From assembly GCA_013204395.1 (NCBI GenBank), contig JABMNZ010000003.1, forward strand, positions 13,570-77,569: 64,000 nt of DNA, written 5' to 3'. Both the position numbers and the translations under genes were made by a program. This document shows, piece by piece, positions 45,936 through 56,151 of the stretch. This DNA is from Parcubacteria group bacterium. Its GTDB lineage: Bacteria > Patescibacteriota > Patescibacteriia > UBA9934 > GWF2-40-263. The notes under the pieces are model-generated. The model did not search any database. It worked only from the letters and a program-made list of their open reading frames with translations, and was not told the origin of the DNA. The first letter of the stretch is position 1. Each line of letters begins with the position of its first letter.

Positions 45936-47116
45936 AGTTTCAATGTCTCAACGCCTGGAAGTTTATCTCCGGCTAAAAATTGTAATAGGGCGCCACCGCC
46001 TGTTGATAAAAGAGTGAACTGATCAGCAAGTCCAAGATTCTCAATCGCTGGCATGGTATCTCCCCCACCAACTATAGTGGTTGCTTTGCCAGTCCTGTCG
46101 GCAATGGCTTTTGCAACTTGTCTTGTTGCCCCACAGAACGTTGGTATCTCACAATACCCAAGAGGGCCATTCCAGACGACGGTCTTAGCTTTTTCAATTT
46201 GTCCTACATACTCGGCAATCGTCTCTGGGCCAAGATCAACGATTCTATGAACGGCTTGAATCTGATCGACTGGCACTATTTCCTGCTTGGCATCTTTTCT
46301 CAATGCCCGCACAACAACCACGTCCGTTGGTAAAAAAATCTTTCCTTCCGCCACCTTCATAATTCGCTCTGCGCTTGCCACCGCCTTCTTCTCATAAACG
46401 GACTTTCCAACAGCAAGTCCTTGAGCTACAAAAAAAGCTGTCGATAAAGCCCCTCCTAAGAGCACCGCATCTATCTGTGAAGCGAAGTGTTCGATGATTG
46501 GAATCTTTGTTGTCATCTTTAACCCGCCCAAAGTTAGAACAAACGGACGTTTGCTATTTACCCCAAGCTTAGACAGTACCGATACTTCATTTGAAAGAAG
46601 TGGTCCTGCATAAGACGGTAATTCTGAAGTAATCGCGTCAATACTCGCGTGCTCTCTATGAGACACAGAGAAAGCGTCATTTACATAAAGATCCGCAAGC
46701 TTAGCAAGCGCACTGGCAAATGAGGCATCGTTTTCTTTCTCTCTTGAGTCAAAACGGAGGTTCTCCAGCAACAACACTTCCCCATCACCAAGAAGTTCAA
46801 CTTGTTTTTGAACATCTTTGCCAATAATTGATCTTGCAAGTTTCACTTTACAACCAAGCAAACTTGAAAGGCGTTTAGCAATTGGCTTCACGGAATAGGC
46901 GCTAACACGCCTGCCGTTTGGACGTCCCAAATGGGTCATGACAATAACTTTGGCCCCTCGTTGTAAAAGCCAATTAATGCCAACCGCACTTCTAGCAATT
47001 CTTCCGTGCGGACCATCAACAGCCTTGCCCATCTTAATGGGCACATTGGCATCAATCCGAACAAGCACACGCTTACTCTTAAGACTCATGTCATTTCGAA
47101 GTTTTTTCAAACGCAT
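45932..47116 (-). CDS. pgk: Phosphoglycerate kinase
   Basis: RIDANVPI, VMTHLGRPNG and GGGDTMPAIE motifs. Confidence 0.95.
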   Translation of the reverse strand: MRLKKLRNDMSLKSKRVLVRIDANVPIKMGKAVDGPHGRIARSAVGINWLLQRGAKVIVMTHLGRPNGRRVSAYSVKPIAKRLSSLLGCKVKLARSIIGKDVQKQVELLGDGEVLLLENLRFDSREKENDASFASALAKLADLYVNDAFSVSHREHASIDAITSELPSYAGPLLSNEVSVLSKLGVNSKRPFVLTLGGLKMTTKIPIIEHFASQIDAVLLGGALSTAFFVAQGLAVGKSVYEKKAVASAERIMKVAEGKIFLPTDVVVVRALRKDAKQEIVPVDQIQAVHRIVDLGPETIAEYVGQIEKAKTVVWNGPLGYCEIPTFCGATRQVAKAIADRTGKATTIVGGGDTMPAIENLGLADQFTLLSTGGGALLQFLAGDKLPGVETLKL

Positions 47117-47144
47117 ATCGCCCCCATCCTATCATGTACAAGTG

Positions 47145-47648
47145 CTACCCAAACAGCCACTTTGTCCACTTGCCCGCCTTTTCAAATCGGCGCTCAAGTA
47201 ACCCGTCCAATCCCAACACATGCCCGAAGCCCCCAGTGATGAATAGAACAAATACAAGTGAGTACATTATGTGTTCATCAATGATACCGTGGGCTGTATT
47301 GGATTCAAATCCAGCAAAGTAATACAGAAGCATGAGTAGGATTCCAGACAAAGCGGCCGGGCGCATGAACATCCCGAAAATCAAACCCAAACCAATTAAC
47401 ATCAAGCCCCAGATGTTCAGTTGATCAATGAATCCATTTCCTGCCATGGACTGAAAGAATTCAGCAAAAGGTCCAGTTGCTCCGGATAGATAGCCCGCTG
47501 CGCTCCAACCTCCCTCTGCTGTGAACTTCTCCCAACCTGCTGTAAAAAAAAGGACACCAATAGAAATGCGAAGTAGTAAGCCTGCCCACGCAAAACCCTC
47601 TGGCATCATAGCTCTTGAAAAACCAGAAAAAGATGTTGATTTACGCAT
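47145..47648 (-). CDS. DoxX-family membrane protein
   Basis: LLLRISIGVLFFTAGWEKF, typical of DoxX. It has 4 TM helices. Confidence 0.7.
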   Translation of the reverse strand: MRKSTSFSGFSRAMMPEGFAWAGLLLRISIGVLFFTAGWEKFTAEGGWSAAGYLSGATGPFAEFFQSMAGNGFIDQLNIWGLMLIGLGLIFGMFMRPAALSGILLMLLYYFAGFESNTAHGIIDEHIMYSLVFVLFITGGFGHVLGLDGLLERRFEKAGKWTKWLFG

Positions 47649-47649
47649 A

Positions 47650-48555
47650 TTAAAATTTAATGGTTAGTAAATTTATTTCAGGAGGATTAAACAAACGGGC
47701 TCTAGGACCAGTCTCACTCACACCAGAGGTAATAAAGAGTTGTTGATCTTCGTAATTAAACAGACCTTTATCATAATTGTTTCCGAGTTTTGTCGGCAGC
47801 CTAGCTATCGATCCGATCCATGGGAGTCTTATTTGCCCCCCATGGGTATGAGCGGCAACAACAAGATCGGCAAGACTGACACCTGAGTACAAAACAGCGT
47901 CAGGATTATGTGTGAGTAGAATCACTGTTTGCTCCTCTGTCAGACCTTGCATGGTCTGCTGAGGCTGGCCAGCAAACCAGAGATCTGAGACACCGGCGAG
48001 GACCACTTCTTTGTCGTCCACAAAAAGATTGATGGATTCGTTCTCCAGTACCGTGACCCCTAATCGTTCCAAGGTATCAATCACATACTGCTGGCCATTA
48101 TCTGTATAGTCATGATTCCCCGTTACAGCAAACACCCCTTGTGGCGCACTGAGCTGACCAAGTGGCTCAAGCATGTCTGCTTCAACGGCCTTTGAAAAAA
48201 TAAAATCTCCTGGAATGAGAATAATATCTGCCTGCAATTCCATGATCTTTGTAACCACCTTCTGCACCCACACCTCACCCTTATAAGGTCCTACATGTAT
48301 ATCTGAAACGAGAGCAACCGTGAGAGTGGACTCAGACTGATCAACTAAATCGATCACCTGTGGTCTCACCACGAGTGTCCGTGGCTCAATAAAGCTTCCA
48401 TAAAAAATGGTGATCCAACCAATCATGACAATAGAGACAAAAGACAACATAACCGATCGTCCACGAAATCTATTCCAAGATGTACCGACATTTATCAAAA
48501 AGGCACCAACGAATATCAAGTATCCAAAAATTATGAGATCGAAGAGCCACCACAT
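47650..48555 (-). CDS. Membrane-anchored calcineurin-like metallophosphoesterase
   Basis: N-terminal TM helices, then VSDIHVG, GDFIF, GNHDY and AHTHGGQ metallophosphatase motifs. Confidence 0.8.
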   Translation of the reverse strand: MWWLFDLIIFGYLIFVGAFLINVGTSWNRFRGRSVMLSFVSIVMIGWITIFYGSFIEPRTLVVRPQVIDLVDQSESTLTVALVSDIHVGPYKGEVWVQKVVTKIMELQADIILIPGDFIFSKAVEADMLEPLGQLSAPQGVFAVTGNHDYTDNGQQYVIDTLERLGVTVLENESINLFVDDKEVVLAGVSDLWFAGQPQQTMQGLTEEQTVILLTHNPDAVLYSGVSLADLVVAAHTHGGQIRLPWIGSIARLPTKLGNNYDKGLFNYEDQQLFITSGVSETGPRARLFNPPEINLLTIKF

Positions 48556-48558
48556 ACG

Positions 48559-49563
48559 TTAAAGATTTCCAACGTGAACAGCCATGTCAACAAGTCGTTG
48601 AGTGTAACCCCACTCATTATCATACCAAGCAAGAACTTTCAGCATGTCCCCATCAACCACTCGAGTCATACCAAGATCGACAACGGCCCCATAAGGAGAA
48701 CCAATAAAATCAGAGGAAACCAAAGGCTCGTTTGTTACACCAACGATCCCTTTCCATCGAGGACTCTTAGCCGCATCCATAAAAATCTTATTGATCTCCT
48801 CGACGCTCGTATTCTTCTTCAAAACAAAAGTGAAGTCCGTAAGAGACACATCAATAGAAGGAACGCGTACGGAGATTCCATCAAACTTATCTTTCAAAGA
48901 AGGAATAACTTTTGTCGTCGCCTTGGCTGCCCCTGTGCTTGTGGGAATCATATTGACAAGCGCAGAGCGGCCGATCCGAAGATCGGTTTTCTTATGAGAA
49001 AGACCATCTACAATATTCTCGCTGGCCGTCACCGAGTGAATGGTCGTAAGCATAGCCTTTTTCACCCCAACTGAATCAACAAGAATCTGTGCGACTGGTG
49101 CGGCTGAGTTTGTTGTGCAAGAGGCATTGTTAACGACATCCTGAGTTTTTTTACACACTTTGTGGTTTACCCCCATCAAAAATGTCGGGGCATCATCCGA
49201 CGGAGATGAGATCACCACCTTCTTTGCACCCGCCTCTATATGCTTACGTGCATCCGCTTCTTTTCTAAAAAATCCAGTTGATTCAATAACCACATCAACC
49301 TTGTGTTCTGCCCATGGTAATTGAGCAGGATCTTTCTGTGCGTACACAGGAATCTTGTCAGAACCAATCTTAATGAATCCTTTTCCAGACTTCACGGTTT
49401 TTCCCCACATCCGAAACACTGAATCATATTTGAGCATGTAAGCAAGCGTTGCGGGGTCCGTGAGATCGTTAATAGCAACAATCTTTATCCCCTTACGCTC
49501 ATACATAGCACGCAAGGTTGTCCGACCAATGCGGCCAAACCCGTTAATAGCAACTCTAATCAT
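48559..49563 (-). CDS. gap: Glyceraldehyde-3-phosphate dehydrogenase
   Basis: RVAINGFGRIGR, the active site ASCTTNS, and WYDNEWGYT. The start was trimmed to MIRVAING. Confidence 0.95.
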   Translation of the reverse strand: MIRVAINGFGRIGRTTLRAMYERKGIKIVAINDLTDPATLAYMLKYDSVFRMWGKTVKSGKGFIKIGSDKIPVYAQKDPAQLPWAEHKVDVVIESTGFFRKEADARKHIEAGAKKVVISSPSDDAPTFLMGVNHKVCKKTQDVVNNASCTTNSAAPVAQILVDSVGVKKAMLTTIHSVTASENIVDGLSHKKTDLRIGRSALVNMIPTSTGAAKATTKVIPSLKDKFDGISVRVPSIDVSLTDFTFVLKKNTSVEEINKIFMDAAKSPRWKGIVGVTNEPLVSSDFIGSPYGAVVDLGMTRVVDGDMLKVLAWYDNEWGYTQRLVDMAVHVGNL

Positions 49564-49680
49564 AAAAAGTGAGTGTAAAGAATATAAATCTTGAATCCAT
49601 TCTATCATTTATCACCGTTGACATCGAGGGTGATTACGTCTATATTGCCGGCGTCGTTACACACACGTGCGACATAAACA

Positions 49681-50103
49681 ATGTGTCGAGGGGTACTGAA
49701 GATGGATCCGGAACTGCTGATCGTGAAGCTCTGGCGTGAGTTCAAAGAAACCACGCTGGAGATGCTGAAGTTGCTGCTGCTGAAAGAACTCGTTGAGCGG
49801 GATGACGACTTCGTCGAAGTCACTGACCGCGCGAGTGCCATCCGTTGTGCCAAGGCCTACGACAGGGCCACAGCCAAGGTCGAAGCGATCCGCGCACGTC
49901 GTGGCTCCAAGACCCTGGTCATCCAGATCTTCGGCATCGCTGAGGAAATCGTCCACAGCGTTCTCTGCCACGAAGAGTTCTGCACCTGTCGTCCAGACGG
50001 CAAGCTGACATCCAGGAACAGCGAGGTGCGCGTCCGATTCGAACTCCCCTCACCTGGGCTCATCGCCGACTCCAGCTGCTTCAGCAGCTTCGTCATGGCC
50101 TAA
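49681..50103 (+). CDS. GC-rich small hypothetical protein
   Basis: About 130-140 aa, Cys-containing at the C-terminus (CHEEFCTCRPDGK). Its start may be MDPELL at 49702. It is followed by tandem terminators at 50160-50250. Confidence 0.4.
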   Translation: MCRGVLKMDPELLIVKLWREFKETTLEMLKLLLLKELVERDDDFVEVTDRASAIRCAKAYDRATAKVEAIRARRGSKTLVIQIFGIAEEIVHSVLCHEEFCTCRPDGKLTSRNSEVRVRFELPSPGLIADSSCFSSFVMA

Positions 50104-50159
50104 GAGCCACCACCACGCACGAATGCAGACTGTCTCCTTCGCTCCGCGAGCGCCGAACA

Positions 50160-50250
50160 GCTGCTCCCCCTCCCCCGTCGAAAGTGCGACTGGTGAGGGG
50201 GTTTTCTTTATAAACAACAGAACAGGGCCTTAGCCCTGTTCTTCTTTTTG
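50160..50250 (+). terminator. Two tandem rho-independent terminators
   Basis: ccccctc...gaggggg followed by ttttcttt, and cagggcc-tta-ggccctg followed by ttcttcttttt. Confidence 0.6.
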
Positions 50251-53200
50251 TTCTACTTCAGCTTCTGTTTTTGATTCTGGTTTTGGTTCTGGCCAATTGA
50301 TTTTTCCATCCTTTTTTGTCCAGACAACTACACAACCATGCCCCCCGTGCTTATCCCATACTTTGTAACCATTGAAGTTTGTGTCAGGCGTGTTCTCTAA
50401 GCTACGTTTTGGGTTCTGAAAAAAGAGATTGCCATAGACTTCTGTAACCCCACTTCGATTTGAAGATGACTGAGTGACACCATCAAGTGGGACAAGAACC
50501 TCATCTATCCCTCGACGCTTGGCTGTTTCGATCGCCTTTTCAAGCGACTGAAGGGTAAAAGAAACGTTATCAACGGACTGGATCAAATTCTCACGCGGAT
50601 TATTTGCCCGTACAATTAGCGCTGAATCATCTGTTCCCTGAACCTTACTCTCAACAAACAATGCCGATCCAGCAAAACGTTCCTGAGGAGTTCCACGCCC
50701 AAGCACATACGTAAATGCTTTCACGCCAGGATAATCTCCCCTGGCAAGTTCAGTGTGTCTTGAGGACGTACAAGCATCCCCTGTGTCACCACTCATAATT
50801 CTTGGGAGCCCTTGTCCCGGCACCATAGCAACGCTTATCGTATCGGTTTTTGAAACAGATTTCGGCCCACTTAGCTTTTCCATTGCCATAAGTGTGGAAA
50901 CGAAAGCATTTTTCTCAGCCCCCTTACCGACCCCCCAAGCCTTCTGCAGTGCCACAATAAGCTCCTTTGAAAATGGCTCATGTCCTGTCTGATGATCCGC
51001 TTGTTCTGGATGCAAATAATGCTCCAGTAGATACTGTTGAATAAAGTTAGCAGCCTTATTTACATACACCCCAGGGTCAAGCGACCTATCTGCAAGTTCA
51101 GCACCATAATCATAGTCAACTATTTGACGTACATGACGAGCACTCAGTCTCTGCATTAATCGATTGAACACCTCCCCTTTTCCTCCTGTGGCCGCAAGGT
51201 TCTCCATGATCTCTATTGAATCAGGTGAAGCACCTTGATTTTCAATTACCTCGGATAAAGTATCCAGCCCTTTGTTCATTGCATCAAGAACCTTAACCTT
51301 TGCCTCTATTCCCTTTACTTGACCAGCGACAATATTATGCTTTTTCTCAAGACCCTTTCGTTGCTCGTCAGCATTTTGACCATCAAGTTCCGCCATCTGA
51401 GAAGCCACCTCTTCAACAACAGCATTGAGCGTCGCCATTTTATCCTCAAGAAAAGATTGCTGTTCTCTTGAGGCAGATCCTAATTCCAATAAAAGTTTAC
51501 CTGATGGTTCATCAACAAATCCCTGATCCCCCTCATCCCATTGAAAGCTCTCTGTCATTCCAGAAAAAGCCTCTTTAAACAACTGTTTCCCGATCAGCTT
51601 TTCTATATCTCTTTTTTCTTTATCCAGCTTGTCTTCAGACCCTGGTTCCGTACGCTTCCGAACAGCAACCTCAATCACTTCTTCTTGATACCCCCCTGCA
51701 AGCTTAGCAAGCTCTGGTTTTTCCAAACGAGTTTTCTCCCAAACGCCTATCACGTACCCCAACTGACCCGTTGCCACAAATTGCCCTCCCCCCGTCGCTG
51801 CCGCAAAAATCTCTTGACCAAGTTCTGTTTTGAGTTGCCCCGGAACCTCATCCTTCAGGAACCCTTCAATAGAAGCTCTACGGACTTCCCGTAGCTCATG
51901 AAGGAGTTGTGCTGGTGTAAGCTGATCTGCACGAGCAAATTGATAAGCCTCTTTCACAAAATCTTGATCGTCTTCCCCAAGATCAGCAAAATCAACCTTC
52001 CCTCGAGGAGCAAATTGTTCCTCACCCACTTTCACCCCATCTGTTTCTCTCGGAGCAATAAGATCCATGGCTTTTTCTGGCACACCTTTTAGACCCCCAG
52101 TCCAAACGTTTCCAGATTTTGTCGCACGAGAAAATGCGCGTTTTAAAAGTTTATGCGATGGAAGCTGCTGATCAACACCCATAGCTTCAACAAGAATTTT
52201 CTGATGTTCGGTGGACAAATCTGCCAATCCACCACCTCGAGATAATCCAATAAAGATCTCGGCGAGATTTTGAGCATTGATCATTCCATATTCAGCAACA
52301 AACTTTGCAAGCAATTCACCATCCTCAGCAGATTCATAAGACAATAAACCTTCATTTTTCAATGTTTTAACTAACGGTTCTAGATCCGTTTTCCAGGGAT
52401 CATGTGCCTCATTGGCCGTGTGACCCTGCATCACTTCAAGTTTTTTCAATGCCCCACCCCATGGTATGTGCTCAGCCAATCGACCATCGGCACCCGCATA
52501 ACTTTCAAGTTCTAGTAACGTCGGGTTGTCTCTCGTCAATAATTTCCCAATAGACACCCAGTCAGGATCAACTTCTGTATATTCCCGAATTCTATCAATG
52601 TTACTCTTCTGTCGGTCGGACGGTTTTTTAAATGTTGAAGCGTATCCAAGTTGAACGGATTCATCACTAAAGTTTTTCTCAAACCCACCAACCGAGTCAG
52701 CAAAAACAATAACCTTGATCGGATTTACCTCTATCATCGTTTTCATCATCAACGAACTGACCGACTCAGCCAACTCAAGAGATCCTTCTTTACCGTTGTT
52801 TGCAAGAAAGGCAGAAAAGAACTTCTCAGGATTCAACAAGAGGAGCTTTTTCTGAAACTCATCCTTATCGACACTCTCTGACTCATAGAATTTAAAATCT
52901 GCTCTGAAGAACAAATCGAATGGTAATGAATCTTTACCAATCTTCTCCAAAACTTTTGACTGCTCAGCTTCCGTTAATTTCAAACCAGTCTCTGTGGCGA
53001 AAATAGCTGCATAGTGATCTTGCGAAATTACTTCAGCAACTAATTTTTCACGCTCATCAGGCTCAAGTTCTTCTGCCAAATCACCAAACCCAGGAAAGTT
53101 TCTATAAAAACTAATGTCTTCTGAGCGCCCTGGGGCATAGGTAAGAAGAGGTTTTCGATCCTTTTTCTGAACCATGAACAACGCTTGCCTAATCTGGTTG

Positions 53201-54618
53201 TACTCCTGTGAAGAGCGAAACTCATCATTGCTCGGGAGCTTTCCTAACTCAACCTGTTTCAATAAACCTGTTCGCAGCTCAGTCCGTGAAAGCATGGTCT
53301 TCACAAAATGCAATAGTTCCTCAGGGGTCTTCTCTACAACCCCATTATCATTCACCCATCTTAATTCCGGAACATCTACTAAAAGCAGTTCTCGAAAAGT
53401 TGTTTCCATGTTCGCAAACTCCTCTTGATTATATAAACCAGTTGGAACCTCGGGATGCAGCTGGCTATAGTAATCTGCTGCTCGCGATCCCGCTTCGCGA
53501 AAAAGGCTATGAGATAATCGAGAACAGACTTTTGAAAAACCTGGGATGTCATCTGGAAGAGATTTGATGTAATCTTTTGCCTTTTTATAATCAAGGACCT
53601 CTATCTTTTTCTCATCATAATCGCTTAGAGTCTCAGCTGCGTATTCTTCGAACAATGCCAATACTTTTTCCTCAAGCTCTTTCATTAACAACCCCTTTTC
53701 TTGTTTTCCTTTATGTTGCTCCTCAACATCCATGGACTTACTTGACTCAAACGCTGCCACAACATCTCCATCACGAACCAATTTTCTTGCACGTCCCACC
53801 TCAACACGGTTTGCAAACTGATCTCTAAAGTGCTTTCGGTAATTCACTTTTTCATAGTTCGACGCTAGAAATCTTTCATGTAATTGCAAGGCGGTTTCAG
53901 GATCAACGTTCAAAAACGCCTCTGAAGCACGTTCAAGAAAACTTTGTTTATCTCGGATCAAGTGATCATCCTCATGATCGCCGACCATTTCATCGATACG
54001 TGTCATGATATCCAAGGCCTTCACCGGATCTTTTTCCAAAAGCAAAAACCTTCTTGAATATGCATCTCGTGCAACAGCTACACCCTCACCCAACTCAGCA
54101 ACACTCTCTTCTGACACAACTCGCCTTCTGAGAAAATCTATCCCCTTCTCAGAATCATCAAGAAGCATTCTCGGAGCAATGTCCCTAGCCATCCACTGTA
54201 AAGCGGATGCCATATTCTCCTCTGGAGTATGTTGGTCCGTCCACCCACTCACATCCGTTTGCTCCTCATAGAATCTAAACGCCTCCTCTTCATCTTCAAC
54301 AGCAAGTTGTCCGATGGCTTCACACTTCACATTATGACGTAACCAGATTGGAAACTTTTCAAGATCTGAAAATGCTTCCCGAGGAAACTCTCGAATAAAG
54401 GTCCTCACTCCAGCTATGGCATTTTTTACATCCGATGAATCATACAAATCCGGATCCAAAGAATCATCATCTGGATAGTGTTCTGGGTCTCTATTTTTAA
54501 TGACATCTAAAGCAGAGAAGATTGCTCTGGATCTCAACTCAAACTTCTGAGCACGCTCAGCAGCCTTTTCTCTAGGTGATAATTCTTCGACTTGTGAACC
54601 TTCTCGACGCTCAACCAT
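50230..54618 (-). CDS. Giant (1462-aa) acidic cytoplasmic hypothetical protein
   Basis: One uninterrupted ORF with no TM segments. The N-terminus is highly acidic, and a coiled-coil-like segment lies near the C-terminus (LNAVVEEVASQMAELDGQNADEQRKGLEKKHN...). No recognisable enzymatic motif. It lies between gap and tsf. Confidence 0.6.
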   Translation of the reverse strand: MVERREGSQVEELSPREKAAERAQKFELRSRAIFSALDVIKNRDPEHYPDDDSLDPDLYDSSDVKNAIAGVRTFIREFPREAFSDLEKFPIWLRHNVKCEAIGQLAVEDEEEAFRFYEEQTDVSGWTDQHTPEENMASALQWMARDIAPRMLLDDSEKGIDFLRRRVVSEESVAELGEGVAVARDAYSRRFLLLEKDPVKALDIMTRIDEMVGDHEDDHLIRDKQSFLERASEAFLNVDPETALQLHERFLASNYEKVNYRKHFRDQFANRVEVGRARKLVRDGDVVAAFESSKSMDVEEQHKGKQEKGLLMKELEEKVLALFEEYAAETLSDYDEKKIEVLDYKKAKDYIKSLPDDIPGFSKVCSRLSHSLFREAGSRAADYYSQLHPEVPTGLYNQEEFANMETTFRELLLVDVPELRWVNDNGVVEKTPEELLHFVKTMLSRTELRTGLLKQVELGKLPSNDEFRSSQEYNQIRQALFMVQKKDRKPLLTYAPGRSEDISFYRNFPGFGDLAEELEPDEREKLVAEVISQDHYAAIFATETGLKLTEAEQSKVLEKIGKDSLPFDLFFRADFKFYESESVDKDEFQKKLLLLNPEKFFSAFLANNGKEGSLELAESVSSLMMKTMIEVNPIKVIVFADSVGGFEKNFSDESVQLGYASTFKKPSDRQKSNIDRIREYTEVDPDWVSIGKLLTRDNPTLLELESYAGADGRLAEHIPWGGALKKLEVMQGHTANEAHDPWKTDLEPLVKTLKNEGLLSYESAEDGELLAKFVAEYGMINAQNLAEIFIGLSRGGGLADLSTEHQKILVEAMGVDQQLPSHKLLKRAFSRATKSGNVWTGGLKGVPEKAMDLIAPRETDGVKVGEEQFAPRGKVDFADLGEDDQDFVKEAYQFARADQLTPAQLLHELREVRRASIEGFLKDEVPGQLKTELGQEIFAAATGGGQFVATGQLGYVIGVWEKTRLEKPELAKLAGGYQEEVIEVAVRKRTEPGSEDKLDKEKRDIEKLIGKQLFKEAFSGMTESFQWDEGDQGFVDEPSGKLLLELGSASREQQSFLEDKMATLNAVVEEVASQMAELDGQNADEQRKGLEKKHNIVAGQVKGIEAKVKVLDAMNKGLDTLSEVIENQGASPDSIEIMENLAATGGKGEVFNRLMQRLSARHVRQIVDYDYGAELADRSLDPGVYVNKAANFIQQYLLEHYLHPEQADHQTGHEPFSKELIVALQKAWGVGKGAEKNAFVSTLMAMEKLSGPKSVSKTDTISVAMVPGQGLPRIMSGDTGDACTSSRHTELARGDYPGVKAFTYVLGRGTPQERFAGSALFVESKVQGTDDSALIVRANNPRENLIQSVDNVSFTLQSLEKAIETAKRRGIDEVLVPLDGVTQSSSNRSGVTEVYGNLFFQNPKRSLENTPDTNFNGYKVWDKHGGHGCVVVWTKKDGKINWPEPKPESKTEAEVEQKEEQG

Positions 54619-54677
54619 ACGCGTCCAAGTATACCAAACAAAACAACCCCGCCGTAACGGGGTTGTTTATACTTTTT

Positions 54678-55265
54678 CTAGATGACGAAACGTGCGAAGC
54701 GCTTGAGCTGCATATTCTCCCCAAGGGAAGCAATTTTACTCTTCACAAACTCATCAATGGTGATGTCCTCGTCTTTGATATAAGCCTGCTCCATCAAAAC
54801 GATCTCAGAAAACCACTTGTTTAGTTTGCCTTCAGAAATCTTCTCAATCACCTCTGCTGGCTTTGCTTGTGCTTCCATTTCTCTTTTAAACATCTCTTTC
54901 TCTTTCTCGATCAAATCTACAGGGACATCAGCCCGAGTGAGGTAGACAGGATCAGCTGCCCCAACGTGCATGGCCAAGTCGTTACAAAACTCGATGAAGA
55001 CTTCGTTGCGGGCAACAAAGTCCGTCTCACACAACACCTCCACCATGGCACCCAACTTTCCATTTGAATGAATGTACGCATGGACACGACCTTCATTGGT
55101 CTCACGATCTGATTTCTTTGCGGCCTTAGCAAGCCCTTTCTCACGCAATAGTTCACCAGCTTTTACCAGGTCACCTTCTGCTTCCTCCAGAGCTTTCTTT
55201 GCGGCCATCATGCCGGCCCCGGTCTGTGAACGAAGCTCGGCAACTTGTGATGCAGTAATGCTCAT
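54678..55265 (-). CDS. tsf: Elongation factor Ts (short form)
   Basis: ITASQVAELRSQTGAGMMAAKKALEEAEGDLVKAGELLREKGLAKAAKK is the UBA-like N-terminal EF-Ts domain. It is downstream of rpsB. Confidence 0.9.
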   Translation of the reverse strand: MSITASQVAELRSQTGAGMMAAKKALEEAEGDLVKAGELLREKGLAKAAKKSDRETNEGRVHAYIHSNGKLGAMVEVLCETDFVARNEVFIEFCNDLAMHVGAADPVYLTRADVPVDLIEKEKEMFKREMEAQAKPAEVIEKISEGKLNKWFSEIVLMEQAYIKDEDITIDEFVKSKIASLGENMQLKRFARFVI

Positions 55266-55280
55266 AAAGAACGATTCAAT

Positions 55281-56027
55281 TTATTTTGATTCTTTTGTTT
55301 TTTGTACAACCTTTGCCCGAATGTTTGCCGCGTCCTTAATGGCATTGGCTCTTCCTTCCTTAATAGCGTCGCTCATCAATCTACAAACCAATTCAATGGA
55401 CTTCACAGCGTCGTCGTTTCCGGGAATGACACGACTCACACCAACAGGATTCACATTTGTGTCGCACAAGGCTATTACTGGAATACCTGTTACCACAGCC
55501 TCTTTAAGAGCCGTCTTTTCTGTTCGCACATCTATCAAGAACACAGCATCTGGAACCTTGGTAACGTTTTCTACACCACCAAGCTTGTGTTCCATGTCTT
55601 CTATCTCACGACTCAACATGAGCTGCTCTTTCTTTGTGTACTTCTTAAGCTCCCCCTTATCACGCTGATCCTTGAGCATCTTCATGCGCTTAAGGGTCTT
55701 CTTAATCTGATCGAAGTTTGTCAGTGTTCCACCGAGCCAACGGTGAATCACGTAAGGCATTCCACAAGCGTCTGCATACTTTTGCACGATTGCTTGTGCT
55801 TGTGGCTTGGTGCCGATAAACAAAATAACACCACCACGAGCGGTAATGCCTTTAGCTGTCTCAAGAGCCACTTCCAACAACTTAGAAGTTTCCTCAAGGT
55901 TAATGATGTGAACGCCATGACGAGCACCAAAGATGTATTCTTTCATCTTAGGATGCCATCGGGACGTCTTGTGACCGAAGTGCATGCCCGCTTTGAGCAT
56001 GTCGGTCAAGGACGGAAGATTTGGCAT
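55281..56027 (-). CDS. rpsB: 30S ribosomal protein S2
   Basis: MLKAGMHFGHKTSRWHPKM..., a canonical S2. Confidence 0.95.
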   Translation of the reverse strand: MPNLPSLTDMLKAGMHFGHKTSRWHPKMKEYIFGARHGVHIINLEETSKLLEVALETAKGITARGGVILFIGTKPQAQAIVQKYADACGMPYVIHRWLGGTLTNFDQIKKTLKRMKMLKDQRDKGELKKYTKKEQLMLSREIEDMEHKLGGVENVTKVPDAVFLIDVRTEKTALKEAVVTGIPVIALCDTNVNPVGVSRVIPGNDDAVKSIELVCRLMSDAIKEGRANAIKDAANIRAKVVQKTKESK

Positions 56028-56151
56028 AAGTTCCTTTTTACGTCGATGGTAGCGCCGGGCCCGTTATACGGGAGGATCCGGTCGACTAATTGATCCATCT
56101 GATGGATTAATTACGTGCGGGAGTATAGAAAAAATAGGCTTTTTCGTCAAC

